In this document: positions 41,154 to 54,573 of the stretch, in pieces | Numbering within the stretch: position 1 is the first letter of the stretch | Layout of the letters: every line of letters starts with the position of its first letter | Origin: Eledone cirrhosa | Taxonomy: Eukaryota | Reading direction: 5' to 3' | NCBI GenBank assembly: GCA_964016885.1 | Contig: OZ024740.1 | Span: 101,432,001-101,496,000 of the forward strand | DNA length: 64,000 nt | The notes under the pieces: generated by a model | What the model saw: only the letters and a program-made list of their open reading frames with translations | Told to the model about the DNA's origin: nothing | The model's database searches: none | Made by a program: the position numbers and the translations under genes

Positions 41154-41361
41154 ATTATTAGAAATGTTAGCTATCGCCGTAATTTGACTAAAGAAATTAT
41201 TTAGCCTGATAGTGGGGTTAAGAACCCTCGGAGAAATGGAAAAAGACGAGTATTGACGTACATGTACGTCAATACTCATCTTTCTCCATTTCTCTATCAG
41301 GCTAAATCATTTATTTAATTTCTTTAGTCAAAATACGGCGATAGCTAACATTTCTAATAAT
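41154..41361. repeat. Fold-back palindrome cassette in (TA)n
   Basis: Inverted arms around a perfect 30-bp palindrome at 41248-41277. Confidence 0.85.
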
Positions 41362-41934
41362 ATATATATATATATTTATATATAACGGCGATGAATTAGT
41401 TTTGCGAGGTTTTTTATATGAAATCGTGTGTCGAAACAAATATTGTTATACTTGGGGAGGGTCATATTTGTGTAATATTGCCAGAATTAATAACAGAACA
41501 CACTCACTGTTTGGTTGGTTTTCGCTTTTCGCTTCTGTGTCTTTTATATCGGTAATCTAATTTATTCGGTCCTCAATGTTGCCATTGACTGACCAACGGT
41601 CAAAAATAATACAGATACAATATAGACACAAACACATATATAGAGTTTATCAAAGTTCTTTCGTTGCACATCTGCAACATCGTCAGTGGTGCTATTGTTT
41701 CCTCCCGTTACATTGTATGTCTACGCCATTTTTATTTAGTCTGTCTATATATTTATTTATTTGTTTGTTTGTTTATTTTATTTTGTCTTCTTTGCGCATG
41801 CGTTTGCGTGTGTGTATAGTGTTTTGTTTGATGTGTGCTCGTGATTGGGTGACTAGTGTGTGTTTATATGTGTTTGTTGTTATTGTGCTTGTGTATGTAT
41901 TTATTTATTTATTTATATCCAACAACATTTTTAT

Positions 41935-43110
41935 TTACACTGACACACCGCCTTGCAATGCAGAACACCGGACATCTCTGATCTTCTCATCATTAGCAAA
42001 CCTCCTACTCTCATCTTCCCTGTGTACTAAGTACACCTGACGTCTAGCTTCTCTTTTAGTGGCTGTGTATTGGTCTCTACTCCCACCATTTTTCCAAGGC
42101 TTCCATGCTCGTGTTTTGTCTTTAATGGCCCTGTCTACCATGCTGTTCCACCACCAGGACACCCTCTACCTGGTCGGAGCTCTGCTCCAGCCATAAGTTT
42201 CTTCAGTAGCTTGCAGTAAGTTGTCATGGAAGAAATTCCAGTTATCATCTGTCATATGATTCTAACTTGTCTTCTTTTTCGTCATACACATCTTGAAGGG
42301 CTATCCTAAATTTATATTTTAGTGAAAGATCTTTTATCTTCCAGACTTTCCTTTTCCTCACCTTCTTGTATGTCTCATTTTGTCTCTTGCTTATTGAGAT
42401 GTCACTAACGACTAACCTATGCTGGGGAGTATGTTCTTCCTCGGGGTACACCTTAGTATTTGACACCATCTGTCTGTCTCGTTGCCTAACTAACGAGAAA
42501 TCAATCGCCTGATTGATAGGTTATTAGGTGGTTGGTAGACTTCTTGAAGTTAGTGTTGAAAATGGTTAGTTCACTTGTATCACAAAATTCAAGAAGTCTC
42601 ACTCCTTCTTCATTTCTTGAGCCATAACCATGACCACCATGTACCCCAGTGTATCCATCCTGGAGCTTTCCAACATGACCATTGATGTCCCCTGCTAGTA
42701 TAACTAGGTCTCTGTCCTCTGTCATTGTGATTGTTTCTAGAAGTTGCTCGTAAAAGCAGTCCTTCTTTTCTTTACCTAGGCCCGCTTGGGGTACATAGGT
42801 AGAGATAATTGTCAGCAGTCTCTTGCCTACAATTAATCAAATCTTAATTATTCTATTACTGACTCTAACTACCTCTATTGTCTTATTGATCCACCTCTCA
42901 GCCAGTAAAATGCCTACCCTACCTAACCCATCATCATTTCTTACCCAGAAAAGCTTATAGCTAAGATGTTTGCCTGCGATTAGTCTTGCTGAGGCACCTC
43001 TCCATCTCACCTCTTGCACGCTGCACACATCCACATGTCTTCTCTCACCTGATCTACCTGCCAGGGTGCCAACATTGTGGCAACCCTGAGACGCGACGTC
43101 TTTCATTGTT
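41935..43110 (-). mobile_element. RTE LINE 5' fragment (APE endonuclease)
   Basis: NVGTL, VQEVRW, GDINGHVG, QHRLVV, WWWN. Confidence 0.88.
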
Positions 43111-45392
43111 TCTTCCTTTTCTGCAAAAAAGAATGGTTTATAATCATGTTGTGCGATTGCTTGATGACGGTCGGGGGTTTCTCGCTCATGGCCACACTAG
43201 CCACCTCACTACCCTGTGCAGCCCTAACATGGTTAGTGTTATTGCTGTTCACGCAGTTATTGCGATATATATTTGCTGTTGTGCTCATAATTGTTTTGGC
43301 ATTAATACACTGGTTAGATGCCCTTACTAACACCAGCACCACTTTACAGCATGAACTGGGTGCTGAAGGAATCTGTACAAATACTTCTTGAACTTTATGG
43401 GGTTTGTTTCCATTTTAATGTGTTTTGGTGTAATGTTAAAGAGAGCAGAGCCAATTGAGGTGAAATAATTGTGCCGTACTGTTGTTATGAGATGCGAGTG
43501 AGATTTTTGTTGTGAGTGGATAGCACGGGGCCCAAGCCTTGGCTGTACCTTAAAGGTGATGCTAACATCATTTGGGCAATGCTGATGGAATATTTTCCAC
43601 ATCATGCAGATAATGTAGCGCTCATGGTGACGTTGGAGAGAATAAAGTTTGAGCTTTTCTAATCGACTCTAATAGTCAAGGCCTGTCATGCCATCTATCT
43701 TTTTTGTAATTGACCTTTGAGGTGCTTCAATTTTCATGATACTTTGTTTCATGTGGGGAGACCACAGTGGACAACAGTATTCAAAGTGGGGTCGAGCAAA
43801 AGTGGAGAAGAGAAGGATAACAGTGTGGATATCTCTCGACTGGAAGGTTCTGAAAATCCAGGAACACATTCGGTGGTCCATGTCAACTTTGCTGTTTATA
43901 TGAGTGGCCCAGCTTATATTGTTGTCCACAATTACTCCTAGGTCTCTGATGTTGTTGGATGCCACTAGAGATTCACCTGAAGGAAGGGTGTATGGGAGTT
44001 TCAGGGCATCCTCTTTTCCAAAGTGGATTAATTCAAATTTATCCCCATTGAGCAGTATATTGTTCTTTTCCGCCCATTGGATATCAGCTAGTAGTCTGAC
44101 TGAAGGTATGTCCGGTCACCCACCTCATTGATGACCTTCTAGAGCTTGGAATCATCTGCAAAGATTCTTATGTTGCTGTGCTTGATGATGTCAGTAATGT
44201 CATTAATGTAGATGATGAAAAGAAGTGGGCCCAACACAGTGCCTTGTGGAACACCACTACAGACTTTGGCTGGGCTTGATTATACTCCTTCAACTACAAC
44301 ATGTTGGGTTCTGTCTGTCATGAAACACTTGATCCACTGTAGTAACTTTCCAGAGACACCAATGTTGGATAGTTTTTTTCAATAGAATCTTGTGATCAAC
44401 CCTGTCAAAGGCCTTGCTGAAATCAAGGTAGATGACATCAGTCCCTCTCCCAAAGCTCTCAAAATATCATCAAAGTGATGCAGGAGCTGAGTTACACAGT
44501 CCCTTCTATTACAGAACCCATGTTTGTTGGAGTTAAGCAGTCTGTTGCTTTCAAGTAAGTGGGTTATTTGTGATCTCACCATCCTCTCAAATACTTTGAC
44601 GATATGAGAGATGAGTGAGATCAGACAGTAGTTCACTGCAAGGGACTTGCTTCCCTTTTTGAAAACTGGGACAAAAGATTAGGACACAAAGTTTTCAGGA
44701 ATATAGCCAGCAGCCAGTGAGTTCCTCCACAGATTAGCAAGAGGAGATGCAAGTTGGTGTCAACACACCTTCATGACACAAGCAGGTAACCTATCAGGGT
44801 CTACTGCTGAATTGTGTTTAATTTCATTTATTGCCACTAAGACATCAGGGGCGCCAAACATTATGTCCAATATAGGGTGTTGGGGATTAACATCACTGAT
44901 ACAACCCAGATAGGCCATATCAGGATTGTTGAAAGCAGAGCAGTATTGTTTCTGCAGTATCTCACCCATGGTTTTGGCATTATCTTAGAGTGTACCATTT
45001 TCATCAACTAGAGGGCCAACAGTGGAGACAGTGACCTTGTGTTTTTTCGCAAATGAAAAGAACACTTTGGGGTTGAGTTTGATTTTCTCAATGGCCCATT
45101 TCTCCTCAGCTGTTCTTTTGTTATTGATGATGGTCTTCATGCATTGTTGGAGGTTATATTTTCTTATTCAAGCAGTGCGATAGCCGTCAAATGTGTGTGT
45201 TGCTGTTGGCAGTATTTTAGTATGTTAATTTTTTTGTTTGTTCTTTTTATTTTTCTGATAATAGTTTTTCTGTTTTGGGGGACACTGCACTTAGTTTTGT
45301 TCATAGATGTTGGTGGGGTGTGTTTTGCACATATGTTTGTGACAGTGTATACAAAGATCTGCCAAGATGTTTTGATGTTGATGGAAATGAGT

Positions 45393-46450
45393 CATCATCA
45401 TCATCATCATCACCGTTTTACGTCCATTCTTCCATGCTAGCATGGGTTAGACGGGTTGTCCTGTTGTGGGCAGTGTCTGGTCGGCTGACCATGCCTTGCT
45501 CATACAGGAACTGATTTGGCTTGATTTCTACAGCTGGATGCCCTTCCTAACACCAACCTCATTTACAGTGAGTGCTGGGTGCTTTTTCGTGGCGCCTACA
45601 CGTCCACTTTACAGTGTGGGCTGGGTGCTTTTTTGCCGTGGCACCTCCACGACCACCTTGCAGTGGGGGGTGTGGGGGCATATTGTTTATATGCTTCAGC
45701 TTGTACCCATGGGAGGTCGGGTACTCTGTATTACTGCGTGACGCCAGAAGTCACGGTCGTGTGTCATTGTCTTTGAGAGGTTTAATTGGGTAAGGTCGGC
45801 TTTTATCACCTCATCCCAGGTCATCTTGGGTCTCCCCACTCCGCGGTTTCCATCAACTTCTAGTGCTCTGCACCTTTTTATGCAGCTGTCATCCTTTGTA
45901 CGCATCACATGTCCATACCAGCGCAACTGCCTCTCCTGCACACAGCATTTGATTCCTCTTATGCTCAGTCTCTCTCTCAATTCATTGATGCTTTGTCGTT
46001 CACGTATATTATTGTTACATATCCATCGGAGCATGCAGGCTTCATTTCTCTCTAATCTACGTACGTCTTCCACCTTCAGCGCCCAGGTCTCGCTACCATG
46101 CAACATCGCTGTTCGGATACACGCATCATACAGTCTGCCTTTCATTCTGAGGGAGAAGCCTTTTGCAGCTAGCAGTGGTAGTAGTTCCCTAAACTTCTTC
46201 CATCCCGTTCTTACCCTAGTTATTGTACTTTCTGAGCACCCACCTCCGTTGCTAATTCGGTCACCTAGGTAGCAGAAGCTGTCTACTGTTTCTACAGGGC
46301 CCTCCCAGAGATTGGTGGTACTTGTTTCCTGTGGCTGTTTGCTGTTTGCTGTTTCAGCACAGCTGCTGCATGTGAATCCTACATTCTTAATTAAGCTTCC
46401 TGAGATCCCGCTACATCTCTTGTGTACCCATTGTTTGCATTTGGTGCAGA
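45393..46450 (-). mobile_element. RTE LINE 3' part nested in the CR1
   Basis: Near-identical to 26357-27385; (ATG)n tail. Confidence 0.9.
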
Positions 46451-46846
46451 GTGCATGTGTAAAAGACCAGTCAACATGTGACAGCTTGTTCATGATTGCA
46501 TCCCAGTTGACATTATAGAGATCCATGTTATCATATGGGTGGAGAGCGGTCACTCGGATTAGCTTGCAGCTGGTAAAATCTCAGGTTACAAAGAACCATG
46601 TCATGGTCTGAAAGAAGGGTTTTTTCCACTGTAATATTATGTATAGTGTTAGTGTGGTTACTAAACACTAGGTCCAAAATGTTCTACTGATACCTTGTTG
46701 GTGCAAGGACAATTTGGGACAAGAAAAACTCATTCATAAAGTTGAGAAGTGACTCAACTGCTTCTTTGTCAGTGGTTGAGGTGAGAGTGCCTGGTTTCAA
46801 ACTGTTTGTAGACCAATCATTACAGGGTGGATTGAACACAACCATG

Positions 46847-48341
46847 CCTCTCCTGGTCTTGACATGCTTCTCAAACATGGTGGGTACTTCCTTCTGCACC
46901 AGCTATCATGCTTCTTCCAATTCTGTCTGAACAGCGGTGCTACTCCAGAACAGTGGAAAACTGCCAGTGTCATTCTTTTGTTCTAAAAGGGTGACCACAC
47001 ATCACCTGTGAACTATCGTCCTGTCAGTCTTACTAGCTGCATTGCCAAACGGATGGAATCCTGTGTCAGAGAAACACTTTAGAACTTCTGGAACTCTCAC
47101 AGTCTTATCCAGCCCTCATGTTGTTTACCTTGACTTTGCTAAAGCTTTCAATTATGTGCCACACAAAAGGCTTATGGCAAAACTCTCTGCAATGAGTGTG
47201 AAGGATGATCTTTTTAACTGGCTGAAGTCCTTCAGTTGAAGAGAGGTAGTCACGGTTCTAGGACAGCAATCTTCACCATATGAGATGTCATCTGGTGTAC
47301 CACAGGGATCTGTTCTTGGCCCCCTTTTGTTTGTGGCATATATTAATGATATAGATGCCAACTTAAAGAATGCCACAGTACTAAAATATGCAGATGACAT
47401 CATCAAGCTGTACCTTGAGATAAAAAGGACAGATCCTGAACACTATAGATCTTGCCTGCAATCTGACCTGGACACAATGCAACAATGGATCAAAGACTGG
47501 TAACTCAAGCTAGCTGTGGACAAGTGCACCACCATGCATTTTGGGAGTAAAAACCCAGCATCCATATACTCCCTCCACAACACTAATATCAAGAAGTCTT
47601 CTTGTGAATGCAACCTGGGCAGTACTGTCAGCAGCGATTTGCATTAGACGAAGCACGTCTCTAAAATTATCAAGAAGGCTGAGGGTGTCTTAGCATCACT
47701 CAGCAAGACCTTTGTCAGCCGCTCTCCAGCTATCTATTTAAAGTTGTACATAGGTATGGTGCTGCCACACTTAGATTCGCATCATCAGTCTGGAACCCCT
47801 ATCTTGCTCAGAACATTGACCGCCTGGAAACTGTTCAGGGACGTGCAACGAAGCGAATACCCTCCATCAGGCATCTACCATATTCTGAACGCCTTGCTTC
47901 CCTGGGCATGGATACATTGAAGCTCCGACGTCTGGCAACTGACTTTGTAAACACACACAAAATTATTAACCATCTTGCCAACAACAACCCTGAGTACCTT
48001 TTTGATTTCCATGTGTCTAACACACGTGGGCATGCCCACAAAGTCAGAAAACAGCACAGTTCCCATGACTTTCGGAAACATTTGTTCACGCTCAGAGTTG
48101 CTGAAGCATGGAACAAACTACCTGCATCAGTTATTAGCTGTCGAAACACTACATCCTTTAAAACCTCGCCAACACTACACCTAATATTCCCCCTCCATAC
48201 ACCTACACACATGTATATCATGACTCATACACTATTCACTTCCCTGACATTTGTATATTATTCTATGTAGTATACATGCACCTTTGACGAGTTGTAATGT
48301 ACCTGAGCACTTTACACAATAATTTCATTATTATTATTATT
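46847..48341 (+). mobile_element. CR1/L2-group LINE (second family), 5'-truncated, (ATT)n tail
   Basis: NYRPVSLTS, YLDFAKAF, GVPQGSVLGP, YADD, TRGH, WNKLP. Confidence 0.85.
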
Positions 48342-48467
48342 AAATACTGGGTTGGCTATAATTAATTTTCCCTTAGAGGTACTCCTTAAGATAAACATGT
48401 TAAGTGATATCCAGAGACCCACAACCTTGCCTGTTATGCCAGCTGTTGAACAAATGCTAATGCCAAG

Positions 48468-48652
48468 ATGGTGGATTGGCAGTATCGGTAGAGTGTCGGA
48501 CGCCATGCTTTCCAGCATAGTTACTTCCCTTTACGATCTGAGTTCAAATCCCGCCGAGGTTGACTTTGCCTTTCATCCTTACGGGGTCGATAAAATAAAG
48601 TACCAGTAATGCACTGGGTAATTGCTGGCCTTCTGCCTAAAGTAGAAACAGT
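48468..48652 (+). mobile_element. SINE family B
   Basis: ggtggattggcagtatcggtagag...gagttcaaatcc...gataaaataaagtaccag. Confidence 0.85.
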
Positions 48653-48689
48653 TATATCTTTTATTTAAATACTCTATGATAACATAATT

Positions 48690-48838
48690 TATACCAAAAA
48701 ATATGACAGTTTAAATCTCACACCATGAGTAACCAGTCTAAAATATTATACCAGAAAATATGACAGTTTAAATCTCACACCATGAGTAACCAGTCTAAAA
48801 TATTATACCTGAAAATATGACAGCTTAAATCTCTCACC
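48690..48838. repeat. 57-bp tandem repeat, about 2.6 copies
   Basis: ATACC at 48691, 48748 and 48805. Confidence 0.9.
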
Positions 48839-48857
48839 CAGTCTGAAGTAATTTACC

Positions 48858-49123
48858 AGAAACTACCTGCATCAGTTGTTAGCTGCCGAGACACTGCAAC
48901 CTTCAAAACCTCCATGCTTCCAGAAATTCGCCAACACTACACTTGATATTCTCCTTCCATACACACGCATGCATGCATGTATTTGTGTGTATACGATGAC
49001 TCATACACTGTTCACTTTCCTGACATTTGTATATTATTCTATGTACTATACATGCACCTTTGATGAGTTGTAGCGCACCTGAGCACTGTACACAACAATT
49101 TTCATTATCATTATTATTATTAT
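48858..49123 (+). mobile_element. Second 3' end of the 46847-48341 LINE family
   Basis: Homologous to 48113-48341, ending in (ATT)n. Confidence 0.85.
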
Positions 49124-49896
49124 ATCATGAGTATGTTACTAGAATGGCACTGTTGAATAAAGTACTTAATGCTGTTGAGGCATTCTTTGAAGCGCATTAT
49201 AGGTGTTTGGGGTGGCCTATAGAGCCCAACTACTATCAGGTCATTGGCTTTGTTGTGCACAGTGACTGATTCACAGTAGCCATTGGAGAATGTAATATTT
49301 CCATCTGCCGTAAAGGAATCATGCAGGAAAATGGCAGTTCCACCCTTCCTTCTGTCGACAGATCTGTGCGGATGGTTGTGAAATTCCTCACTTTTACTCC
49401 AAGTGAAGTTGTCAAGGTGGGTTTCAGTAAGAATGAAGAAAGGGATGTGGAGTGGTTACCAACCCAATCATCAATGAGTTGGATCCTCCATTTCTGTGCA
49501 TTGATGGATGGGCTGACACCTTGTGCATTGAGTAGAAATGTGAGGGCTAGTGTAGTGGCAGGTTTTGACTGTTGCAGGTTGCTTGTTTTGAGATTGTGTG
49601 TTATTGACAGCAATGTAGGGGGGGGGGGGGGGGGGCACTGGGGTAATATCATAGGATGGTGTTGGGTGATGGCTAAAAGGTTTTTCTGTATCTCTTTTGC
49701 CAGGTTCAATATTGCTAAAAAAGAAAAATGTTCCTGTTCAGTTTTTGACTGGAATTATGGTTACACTGTTGGATAGGGTTGTAGTTCCCTCTTTCGTTGT
49801 TGTTTTTTTTTGTTGTTGTATTTGTGTCTTTGTGAAAAGACTAGAACAGCATTACTGCAGCAGGGGGTGGTTTCTGTTAGTGCGTTGGGTCCCTGC

Positions 49897-49936
<40 letters not shown>

Positions 49937-50007
49937 TTGTGTATATATTACTCTTCTACTCTTTTACCTGTTCCAGCCATCCAGCTGAGGCCATGCATCT
50001 GTATATA

Positions 50008-50415
50008 TCATCATCACCATCATCATGGTTTTACGTCCGTTCTTCCACGCTAGCATGGGTTAGACGGGTTGTCCTGTTGTGAACAGTGTCCAGACCTTGT
50101 CCTGTTGTGTCCAGTGTCCAGACCTTGCCTACACATCCATTTTATAGTGTGGGCTGGGTGCTTCTTTGCCATGACACTTCCACAACCACTTTGCAGTGGG
50201 GGGGGGGGCATATTGTCCATATGCTTCAGCTTCGGCTTGTTCCTGTGGGGGATCAGGTCTTCTGTATTACTGCGTGACACCAGAGGTCACATTGAGAGGT
50301 GCAATTGGGTAAGGTCGGCTTTTATCATCTCATCCCATGTCTTCTTGGGTCTCCCCACTCCGCGGCTTCCATCATTTCTAGTGTTCTGCACCTTTTTATG
50401 CAGCTGTCATCCTTA
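50008..50415 (-). mobile_element. RTE LINE 3' fragment
   Basis: KDDSCIKRC plus the shared 3' UTR and tail. Confidence 0.8.
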
Positions 50416-50563
50416 CAAGTAAACAACTTGTTCTCATTTCCAACCAACTTTTCAAGAAGCATGATGGAAGAAAAATTACTCAAACATTCGATTTTGATTT
50501 TGGTTTTAAACCTTTCTTTTTTTACTCCTATCAACTCTTTTTAATTAATTTTTTATACTACAT

Positions 50564-50598
50564 TTGACAAGATGGATTTTAATACATCGAAACCGGTA
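50564..50598 (+). ncRNA. Minimal hammerhead-like motif, U3-A8 variant
   Basis: TTGACAA-GATG-(10 nt)-CATC-GAAA-CCGG-TA; stem I weak. Confidence 0.45.
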
Positions 50599-50760
50599 AT
50601 TTTCTCATATACTTTATATACTTCATAAAGACATATTTAAAAAGAATTGTCCCTCTCTTCTTTTAATAACATTATCTTTTTAATAATGTCACTTTGACGA
50701 ATCAAAAACAAAAAAAAAGACCCTTAAATATATCTCCCGTGCTATTTCCAGCTTCATCTT

Positions 50761-50834
<74 letters not shown>

Positions 50835-50972
50835 GTGTGTGTGTGTACCTATCTATATACATGTATGTATATCTATATATATATTTATGTATGAATATCT
50901 CTCTATATATATTTATGTATGAATAACTATATGTATATATGTATGAATATCTATATCTATCTATATATATAT

Positions 50973-51023
<51 letters not shown>

Positions 51024-51232
51024 CATATATACATATATATACATATATACATATACATGTATATATATATGTATGAATATCTATATATATGTATGTATGC
51101 ATATATATGTATACATATATATGAATATCTATATATATGTATACATATGTATGTATGTGTATATATATGTATATATATATATATGAATATCTATATGTAT
51201 GTATGTACATATATGTATGAATATCTATATGT

Positions 51233-51667
51233 ATCATCATCATCATCACCGTTTTACGTCCATTCTTCCATGCTAGCATGGGTTAGACGGGTTGTCCTGT
51301 TGTGGGCAGTGTCCGGTTGGCTGACCTAGTCTTGCTCATACTGGAACTGATTTTGGCTTGATTTCTACAGCTGGATGCCCTTCCTAACACCAACCTCATT
51401 TACAGTGGGTGCTTTCTTCCGTGGCACCTACATGCCCACTTTACAGTGTGGGCTGGGTGCTTTTTTGGTGTGGTACCTCCACGAACACTTTGCAGTGGAA
51501 TGATAGGGACCCCAGTCCTATCATCTCATTTCTACAGCTGAGTAAACTGGAGCAATGTGAAATAAAGTGTCTTGCTCAAAGAAACAACACATCACCCAGT
51601 CCGAGAATTGAACTCACAACCTTTCGATTGCAAGTCCAATGCTCTAACCACTAAGCCATATGCGCCT
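51233..51667 (-). mobile_element. SINE family A with a longer RTE-type tail
   Basis: Head TGGCTTAGTGGTTAGAGC; (CAT)n tail. Confidence 0.85.
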
Positions 51668-51906
51668 ATATATATATATATATCCAATTGAGTTCTAAGC
51701 ACGTGGCTTGAATTCGCATCGGAATTCAACTGACCTGCGCATTTATTGTTTTTTGGCGTTAGTCTCTTTCCTCCTATTTTCGAGACAGTGTGAGATTTTC
51801 TTTAGAACTGCTGGACTAACAACATAGCAGCTCCCTCAAGCACTGATGGTGATTATCGCTAAATATTGATGTTGATTTGGTTATCAATATTAATATTATT
51901 GGGCAT

Positions 51907-52027
51907 CCACTGAAGAATTATAAGAGCCCACTTGTATAAGTATCTGTTGATCTTATACAAGCTTCTACATAATTTGGTATAATTTCACCCAACTTGTAGA
52001 AATCTTATAATGAAACGAGTCGTCTGG
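51907..52027 (+). ncRNA. Type I hammerhead ribozyme, canonical core, branched stem II
   Basis: CCA-CTGAAGA-ATTATAAGA...TCTTATAAT-GAA-ACG-agt-CGT-C-TGG; GUC site after 52024. Confidence 0.78.
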
Positions 52028-52199
52028 TAAGTGATGTATTTGATATATCTCATATGAAATGATATAGCCAATTCTCCACACAATACAATATAGTTAGCAC
52101 CCCGAATGTTTAATTAGGAATATACTCAGGTATTTCCTAATGTTTGTTGAGTGAGTTGGAATTTGGCCGGAGTATCGCTATTAGCTTTCTCCCTTTATG

Positions 52200-52258
<59 letters not shown>

Positions 52259-52375
52259 TTGTGTATAACATCATCATCATCATGAAATATATATGTGTTT
52301 GTGTATATCTATGTGTGTGTGGGTGTATATCTGTGTGCGTATCTATATGTATATGTATGTATAGATGTGTATGCA

Positions 52376-52438
<63 letters not shown>

Positions 52439-52532
52439 TATTTTTGCACATTCATTCTTATTTTTTACTTAGAGAGAAAAATAGATGTTAGATAAGAGAA
52501 AAACTATTTTCTTTTCTTTCTTTCTTTTTCAG

Positions 52533-52692
52533 ATACTTATTCAAATACGGTTGGTTTTTTTGGTAACAAAGCATTGAATTACTCTTCATATATCAAGCTA
52601 AAGGGAAAAATGAATGGAAAGCAAAGAAAAGCTCCTACAGAGTTATTACTAGTGAACAGCCAAAATTATCCGCATGATTAGATTAAGCTATG
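52533..52692 (+). other. Candidate non-coding (5' UTR or lncRNA) host exon
   Basis: Long polypyrimidine tract plus CAG acceptor; ATG|GTAAGT donor; stops in all three frames. Confidence 0.5.
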
Positions 52693-53762
52693 GTAAGTGA
52701 AATTCAATCAGTTAATAGCATTCATAGTGACATGTAAACACAGCTAAATAAGAATAAAATACACTTTTTTTTTACTTCTATGAAATAACATAACAACATT
52801 GTTCTCTCTTCATTGCAATAGTGCTACATTGTTAGAGAATCTGTTTTCTATATATGCACTACGATACGTGCCTATTTTTTAAATTTTATACTTATTTACT
52901 TTTTCATCTCAGGAATCATTTTTAAATTATGTTTACTATTGTCTATTGTTAAATGGAGACCATTTCATGCAAATATTGCCAGAAAGTGTGATAGACATTT
53001 AACCTTGTCATTAGAAGTTTAGATATTTTTATTTTGTTTGTTTTCAGATGTGTATGTGTGTGTACTTATATATGTGTGTGTGTTTTATTTATATGTCTTT
53101 TTATTTAATCATGAACTTTCTTTCATCATTGTCATGCTCATGTTATTGTTATCTGCTATGTCACGAGTTCATCAAGCCTTATCTGTCACCATCACCATCA
53201 TCACACCAACACCGCCCTTGCCACCACTGCCATCACCATTTATTATTACAATCATCCTCATCATTATCGTAATGCTTTTTATTTACTCAATGCTGACAGG
53301 AGTTGAATGAGTCTGCAATACAACATACTACCCTTTGACTTTAATGTTTCATCTTATTGACTTGCCCAAAATGCTAAGATCCACATCACATCACAATTTC
53401 ACCCTTGGACTCCTTCTACCACAAGTGCCTACTCTTACTGTTAGTATGAGGTGCATGTTTAAACATCAAGTATCATCCATCTTCATTACATGCCATACAT
53501 ACATTTTGCTATCAAGGAAACCATGACAACAATGAAACCACAGGATATGAGGGATCTACAATCCAGTATGAAGTCTCTGCATGATCATTCATTCTAACTG
53601 CTAGATGTAGCAACCACATCTTCAAATCACATCCGATTGTTTTATAAAATGGACATATTAGATAATGAATTTCTAGATACGGTATGCTTGAATAAAATAT
53701 AATATTCACAACTGAAATGCTAACTTGTGGTTCAGCAACAGCAACAATTCTTTTTCATCTAG

Positions 53763-54120
53763 TACTCTTGGGTCCCAAATGATAGGGGGTGGCTGGAATA
53801 ATCGGGGCGGGGTGGAAAATCGCTAATTTTTATAGGTTGTCTCCCTTAATATTTTTTCAAAGACCAGGATTAGTTTTTTTGTTCACATATTGGAACACCT
53901 CCCCAACCCATGCTATATATTTTATAATGTATGAGATACCTTGTATATTGTTTTTTAATGTCTAAAGAAAATTGTTATTGTAATGCTACCATTTAAAATA
54001 AAATTTCATTGGGGATAGATCAGAAAAATTTAATAAGTGCAGGGCATAGGATGGAATATGAGATGGGAGATCTGAAAAATTAATAAGCAGCGGGGACGAT
54101 TATTTGAAACCCAAGAAATA
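53763..54120. mobile_element. Putative MITE with imperfect TIRs
   Basis: tactcttgggtcccaaat ... atttgaaacccaagaaata. Confidence 0.4.
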
Positions 54121-54536
54121 AGGCAGATACTGAGGAGTGAGCCATGGTAAAATATTTAACCATGCAATAAAATTTCTAGTTGAGGTTACTTTCATTCCAT
54201 ACTTAGTCTATGAATGGCACACTAACATATGGCTAAAACATTCATGATAAGCCATATATCTATATTTAGTTTTCTCAATACCAATTTGACTATAGTGCAT
54301 GGACAATCCAGAAACCAGTGAGAGTCTGCTTTAATAAAACTTAATCCATTACATTTATTTCAAGAAAACACTTCAGTGAGTTGATTAGCCATGAAGATTA
54401 AAAAAAATAATGGTGTTGTGTATGTCTCTTTGGACCAAGTAATGATGTGTGACATGTGGTGCTAACTGATGCTGAAATAAATATGATAATTGTGTAACAT
54501 GGGAATGATCATATGGAATGGCAATAATAACGAGAA

Positions 54537-54570
<34 letters not shown>

Positions 54571-54573
<3 letters not shown>

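Larger units (their letters stand above)
43345..49780 (-). mobile_element. CR1-group LINE ORF2 broken into three pieces (49124-49780, 46456-46846, 43345-45145) by nested insertions
   Basis: APE motifs (LNAQG, LYRPP, FNPP, ILDLVF, SDH) then RT motifs, collinear on the minus strand. Confidence 0.8.

Noticed and set aside
41203-41240. CTGATAG-TGGGG..CCCTC-GGAGAAA as a hammerhead
   Set aside because: Core and stem III do not fit; too degenerate to call
41385-41930. Island with GTCGAAACAAATATTGTT, possibly another pLTR or ribozyme
   Set aside because: Only a possible 3' half; no CUGANGA core or stem I found
45696-46553. 285-aa ORF as a novel fusion protein
   Set aside because: Accidental in-frame junction of a CR1 fragment with a nested RTE fragment
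48690-48838. Regular repeats suggesting a CRISPR array (also 61995-62285)
   Set aside because: Contiguous tandem units with no unique spacers, no cas genes and a eukaryotic context
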